Below are positions 56,781 through 64,000 of a stretch of 64,000 nt of DNA, one piece after another. A program made the translations under genes and the position numbers. Origin of the DNA: a bacterium (GTDB taxonomy: Bacteria > UBA8248); the NCBI GenBank assembly GCA_965213685.1, contig CBDBZY010000016.1:192001-256000 (forward strand), written 5' to 3'. Each line of letters opens with the position of its first letter. The first letter of the stretch is position 1. The notes under the pieces are model-generated. The model had not been told where the DNA came from and searched no databases. It was given only the letters and a program-made list of their open reading frames with translations.

Positions 56781-58895
56781 ATGGCCCAAAATCCAGACAG
56801 TCCCTCCCTCACCCCTCGAGACCTCACCCTCCCTGGTAGGTCCCTCCCTCCTGCCATGCCCCTCATCATCTCCACCCAAGACAGCTGGGACCCTCACAGC
56901 TGCAAGCTGGAGACTCGCCAACACAACAGCCAACCACAACACCTACAGCTAGTCACAGACACTCTACAACTACTGGCAACCATAAACAAGCCTGTGGCTG
57001 TCCTGTCCATCTGTGGTCCCTACCGCTCGGGAAAGTCCTACTTCATCTCCCGACTGCTGGGCAGGCCTGGGGCCTTTCAGCTGGGCCACAGGATGCAAGC
57101 CTGTACACGTGGAATCTGGATGGCCACCACTGTTCTGGAGTGTGAGCAGTTTGCCACAATCCTGCTGGACACGGAAGGCATCGATGCCATTGGAGCCTCC
57201 GAGACCATGGCCATGAGCTTGCTGACTGTCACCACACTCCTCAGCTCCTACCTCATCTACAACTCCAAGAAGGTGCCCCAGAAGGTGGACCTGGACAAGA
57301 TGAGGTGCTTCACCCAACTCTCCAGGTCTCTGCTCATGCAGAAAGAGGAGTCCATGAGGGCAGAGGTCATGAGGAAGTTCTTCCCTCACTTTCTGTGGCT
57401 GCTGCGAGATGTGACACTGACTGTGACAGACAGAGCCGGCCAGACCATCTCAGCCACTGAGTTCCTGCACACTCGTGTGCTGGCATCAGAAGCTGGCCAG
57501 CCTACAGAGCTGGGCAAGTCTCTTTGCAGCCTCTTCCCCTCACTGGAATGCCACACTCTTCCCATGCCAAGCATCAACCTCAAAGTCATCAAGAACATTG
57601 TGGAGCAACAGGACAAGCTGAAACCAGCATTCAACAAGGCAGTGGATCAACTGATCCAGCGAATCCTGCAGCAAGTCACGCCCAAGAAAGCCATCGATGG
57701 AGTGAGTGTGGTGGATGGCCCAGCTCTAGCTGCTCTGACCCGTGGGTATGTGGATGCCATCAATACACCAGGAGCAATACCAGACCTGGAACAAGGCTGG
57801 CAGGCTGTCATCAAGTGGAAACTGAAGGAACTATCAGACAAGCTAGTGGAGGAGTACAGGAGAGAGATGGAGGAATGTTTAGGAGGCAATCTTCCCATGG
57901 AGGAGAGGAATCTGATGAGAATCCACAAACAGACACTGAGCAGGAAAAGGGAGTCACTGCAGCAGGAGATCCGTCGACTCAAGCCATTGAGTTCTACCTC
58001 TGGAGACAAAGACCCAGTCCTGAGTCAACTGGAGCAGACAATAAGTCAGACAAATGAGGGGGGTGAGGTGATTGGGGGGGTCCTGTTCCAGTTCACCACT
58101 CAGAACTACTCCAAGTCCAAGCAGCAGTGTGAAGAGGTGCTGATGGAAGCAGTGAAGAGCAGTGGAATTCACAAGAAGTGTCAGGAAGCCTTCATCAACT
58201 CACAGCCACTGGACATAATGGCAGAGATACAGGAGATTGACAGGCAATACCACAGGCAAGCTGTCGGACCAGCAGCCATTGAAGTGCTGGAGAAAGGCCA
58301 CAGAGAACTGAACCAACTGGGAGACTCACTCAAGAGAATTCCTGGCCCACCTCGTGAGGTTAGGAGCATCGGATGGGGACCTGATCGAGTGAAGCTGAGC
58401 TGGCAACCTCCAGAGAAGAACCCTGAGGCTGCTGAGAGCTATGTGGTGTGGAAACAAGAGGAGGGGAAGCAGTGGGAGAGGGTGAAGGAGACAAAGAGGA
58501 CCAAAATCCTCATCACTGGACTGAAATCAGAAACAGACTACAAGTTCAGAGTCACAGCCACTAATGACCTGATTAAGAGTGTGGCTACAACACAGAACTC
58601 ATATACAAGGGAGTCAAAAGCTAAGGCAGTAGCTGAAGGTGGTGGTGGAGGAGCACTTCTATTTCTATTGGCCCCAGTTGCAACTACTATTTGGGCCGTC
58701 ACTGATGAAAGCCAACTTACAAGAAAAGGAGTAGCCATATCAGTCGCCACTGCACCAATCAGCCTCATATGTGCTCCAGTTACTGTTCCTGTGGGTGCAG
58801 TTTGGACTGCTAGGAATGAGATCAAGGTCATGTGCTACTGGGGAGACCTGTCCCCAGAGAGTGATGATGAGACGTCATGTGATTCCACAGAATGA
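56781..58895 (+). CDS. GBP-FN3-hydrophobic hairpin protein, copy G8 (type D, MAQNPDSP)
   Basis: Intact ORF; start taken at ATG 56781 by analogy to G7. Confidence 0.92.
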   Translation: MAQNPDSPSLTPRDLTLPGRSLPPAMPLIISTQDSWDPHSCKLETRQHNSQPQHLQLVTDTLQLLATINKPVAVLSICGPYRSGKSYFISRLLGRPGAFQLGHRMQACTRGIWMATTVLECEQFATILLDTEGIDAIGASETMAMSLLTVTTLLSSYLIYNSKKVPQKVDLDKMRCFTQLSRSLLMQKEESMRAEVMRKFFPHFLWLLRDVTLTVTDRAGQTISATEFLHTRVLASEAGQPTELGKSLCSLFPSLECHTLPMPSINLKVIKNIVEQQDKLKPAFNKAVDQLIQRILQQVTPKKAIDGVSVVDGPALAALTRGYVDAINTPGAIPDLEQGWQAVIKWKLKELSDKLVEEYRREMEECLGGNLPMEERNLMRIHKQTLSRKRESLQQEIRRLKPLSSTSGDKDPVLSQLEQTISQTNEGGEVIGGVLFQFTTQNYSKSKQQCEEVLMEAVKSSGIHKKCQEAFINSQPLDIMAEIQEIDRQYHRQAVGPAAIEVLEKGHRELNQLGDSLKRIPGPPREVRSIGWGPDRVKLSWQPPEKNPEAAESYVVWKQEEGKQWERVKETKRTKILITGLKSETDYKFRVTATNDLIKSVATTQNSYTRESKAKAVAEGGGGGALLFLLAPVATTIWAVTDESQLTRKGVAISVATAPISLICAPVTVPVGAVWTARNEIKVMCYWGDLSPESDDETSCDSTE

Positions 58896-59139
58896 CATGA
58901 CAATACTCTATGGCTAGCTATAGCTGCTCTTGTGTGTACAAGTTCATGTACTCTCATACCTGCCACAATACACACAGCATGCACATATATCAACACACTA
59001 TCCACATAATCATTTCTCAATGATAATCTCTAGTACTAAATGTATTTGTGTAACAGATCATCCACTGTGTGGGTGGGGCCAGTAAGGTCAATGTCACCAG
59101 TGGGTGGGGCCAGAGAGGTAATTAGTAGGATAATTAATT

Positions 59140-59283
59140 GCACCAATCAGTCTCATATGTGCTCCAGTTACTGCTACTGTGGGTGCAGTTGTGTTTGGTA
59201 GGGAAACGGTCAAGGAATGCTGCTACAGTGGAGACCTGTCCCCAGAGAGTGATGATGAGACGTCATGTGACTCCACAGAGTGA
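59140..59283 (+). pseudogene. GBP second-hydrophobic-segment plus tail remnant
   Basis: APISLICAPVTATVGAVVFGRETVKECCYSGDLSPESDDETSCDSTE* followed by the usual 3' flank. Confidence 0.85.
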
Positions 59284-59788
59284 CATGTCAATACTCTATG
59301 GCTAGCTATAGCTGCTCTTGTGTGTACACGTTCATGTACTCTCATACCTGCCACAATACACACAACATGCGCATGTACTGCCACAATAATTATACACAAC
59401 ATAAACATGTATATATTATAAAGTGGATGTAACTCAGTTATACAAGCCATGTTACTATAATATTGTGTTGGCATGGCAACAGCAGGACCTAAATGAACAT
59501 CCATAGTGTGGGTGGAGCCAGAGATGTCACCAGTGGATAGCACATATAGCAGTGATCATCACTAGCTTGTTGTCATGACGAGATGGGCTCCTGTCATCAA
59601 CCACATTATGGAGTTGCCAAGTCCCCAGCCACACAGCAGTGCTAACCTCATTCCCAGGCCTTCCCCAACATGCCGGCACAACACCACACCCAGCATGGTG
59701 GAGTGCTTGTGTGTGGGGGGCAGTCTGGGAACAACGCTAGAGTGCTGTGGATTGATACATAACAAATGACCATAAACATCATAAATAA

Positions 59789-59935
59789 TAGTTAGACACC
59801 GAGACCAAGGGATCTACGGTATTTAGAAACCTGAAGGCCCTGGGCTGTAGCGTCCCGAGCGCAGCGAGGGCACTACTAAGGGCCTGAGGGTTTCTAAATA
59901 CCATAGATCCTGTTGGTCGAGCATGTCTAACTGAT
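59789..59935. mobile_element. Hairpin repeat element (inverted relative at ~63588-63733)
   Basis: Arms agttagaca..ggatctacggtatttagaaacc / ggtttctaaataccatagatcc..tgtctaact around a gagcgcagcgag core; superfamily not determined. Confidence 0.6.
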
Positions 59936-60498
59936 TTAGACTATAGCAACAGTCACTACGTAACCACACACACCCTTGTAATAATAATGTAGACTTCTTG
60001 TTATCGCCTACAATTCTAACATGTTTACTTGTAAACTTTTACACTACTGTTACAATTCTAACACAATTTTAACAAGAAAAATGTTGGGGCACTAAGTTTA
60101 TCTGTCTGGGTCAATAAGCTGAAAAACAGGGGACTAAGTAGCTTAGTGCCCTCAATTCAACCAATCAGATTAACCAAAAGGAGTGCACTATATATAGTCT
60201 AATTATTATTGTACACTGTCTCATTCCCAGGCCTTCCCCACATGCCAGCACATCACCACACCCAGCATGGCGGAGTGCTTGTGTGAGGGGGGCAGTCTGG
60301 GAACAAGGCTAGAGTGATGTGGATTGATACTTAGCAAATGACCATAAGCATCATAATAATTATACACTGTAGTGGTGGGTGTTATGAGCACCGCTAGTGA
60401 TGAGTATCATGACTTGTGTTCCTCTGTGGTGACTGAGTGTTGAGGTGATTGTGGTTCTCTCGGCCTGATCCACAGCAGCGGGAACATTCCAATCTAAC

Positions 60499-63297
<2,799 letters not shown>

Positions 63298-64000
63298 CCT
63301 GTGTATTGTGCCATTATCTGTACTACCACTATTACATCATGGTTTAAAATGACCAATCAAAACCCACTGCTCATATAAAGAAGGCCCCTTGCTGTTACAA
63401 CCCTGACATGAATATAAATATTTAGAGCATAGCTGTTACTAATACGCAAATCTTATTGGTCAGTAGGTAGTTACTGAATGGTGTAGTTACCCGGTACAAT
63501 TAATTAATCTACAATATCTACAAGAAGTACAAGTAAGGAACCTACAATTTCTACAAGAAGTACAAGTAAGGAACCTATGCTCTAAACAACTTAGATACTG
63601 TGTCCAATGAGATCTACGGTATTTAGAAACCCTCGGGCCCTTAGTAGTGCCCTCGCTGCGCTCGGAACACTACAGCCCAGGGCCCTTGGGTTTCTAAATA
63701 CCGTAGATCCCTTGGGCACAGTATCTAACTGTTATTTTGTCCATAGCATAGCAGGTGAGAACACTAGAATATTATCCCTCCATATTGCCTCCGTACAGTG
63801 GTAAACATCCAGCAGCAATGGCTGGATGTTCCCTCCCTCACCCCTCGTTATTATGTTGCTGTATATTTTTACTTTACATGATTATTGTGTAACTGCAAGT
63901 TCATAACTCTATTCTTTGCCCTGACAAGAAAGAGAGAACCTGAACAACTGTTTGTCCATACTATGAGAAATTGTGCATTTCCCTATATTCTGTAAACACG

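Noticed and set aside
63511-63577. Short tandem duplications (also 39147-39200 and 22-158)
   Set aside because: These are simple two-copy slippage events with no sign of function.

Overview
Eukaryotic, intron-rich animal DNA with introns full of (CA)n, (CT)n and (CCCT)n repeats; the style suggests a sponge or other early-branching metazoan, which is inference only. The window is a tandem array of eight single-exon genes encoding an unusual guanylate-binding protein (GBP)/atlastin-family GTPase with the architecture GTPase - helical region - fibronectin type III (FN3) - two Gly/Ala-rich hydrophobic segments - acidic tail. Several GBP fragments are also present: C-terminal-only cassettes, an inverted N-terminal copy and a Helitron-fused N-terminus. 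The GTPase and helical regions are nearly identical between paralogues, while particular FN3 positions and the hydrophobic hairpin are hypervariable and shuffled in mosaic fashion. Four alternative N-termini join at one shared SLTPR junction. A head-to-head pair of spliced genes was co-amplified: kintoun/DNAAF2 (all four copies disrupted) and an ICAP-1/ITGB1BP1-like PTB gene (three intact copies, three partial). Mobile DNA includes an intron-containing Ginger2-like DDE transposon with a NOL4-like N-terminus, palindromic TAG...CTA elements with 9-bp TSDs (AcademH-like), TA-TSD MITEs, Helitron remnants, a tRNA-derived SINE, and a 369-bp tRNA-containing element with terminal direct repeats and a 13-bp TSD. 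All family calls are from manual motif recognition, not database searches.
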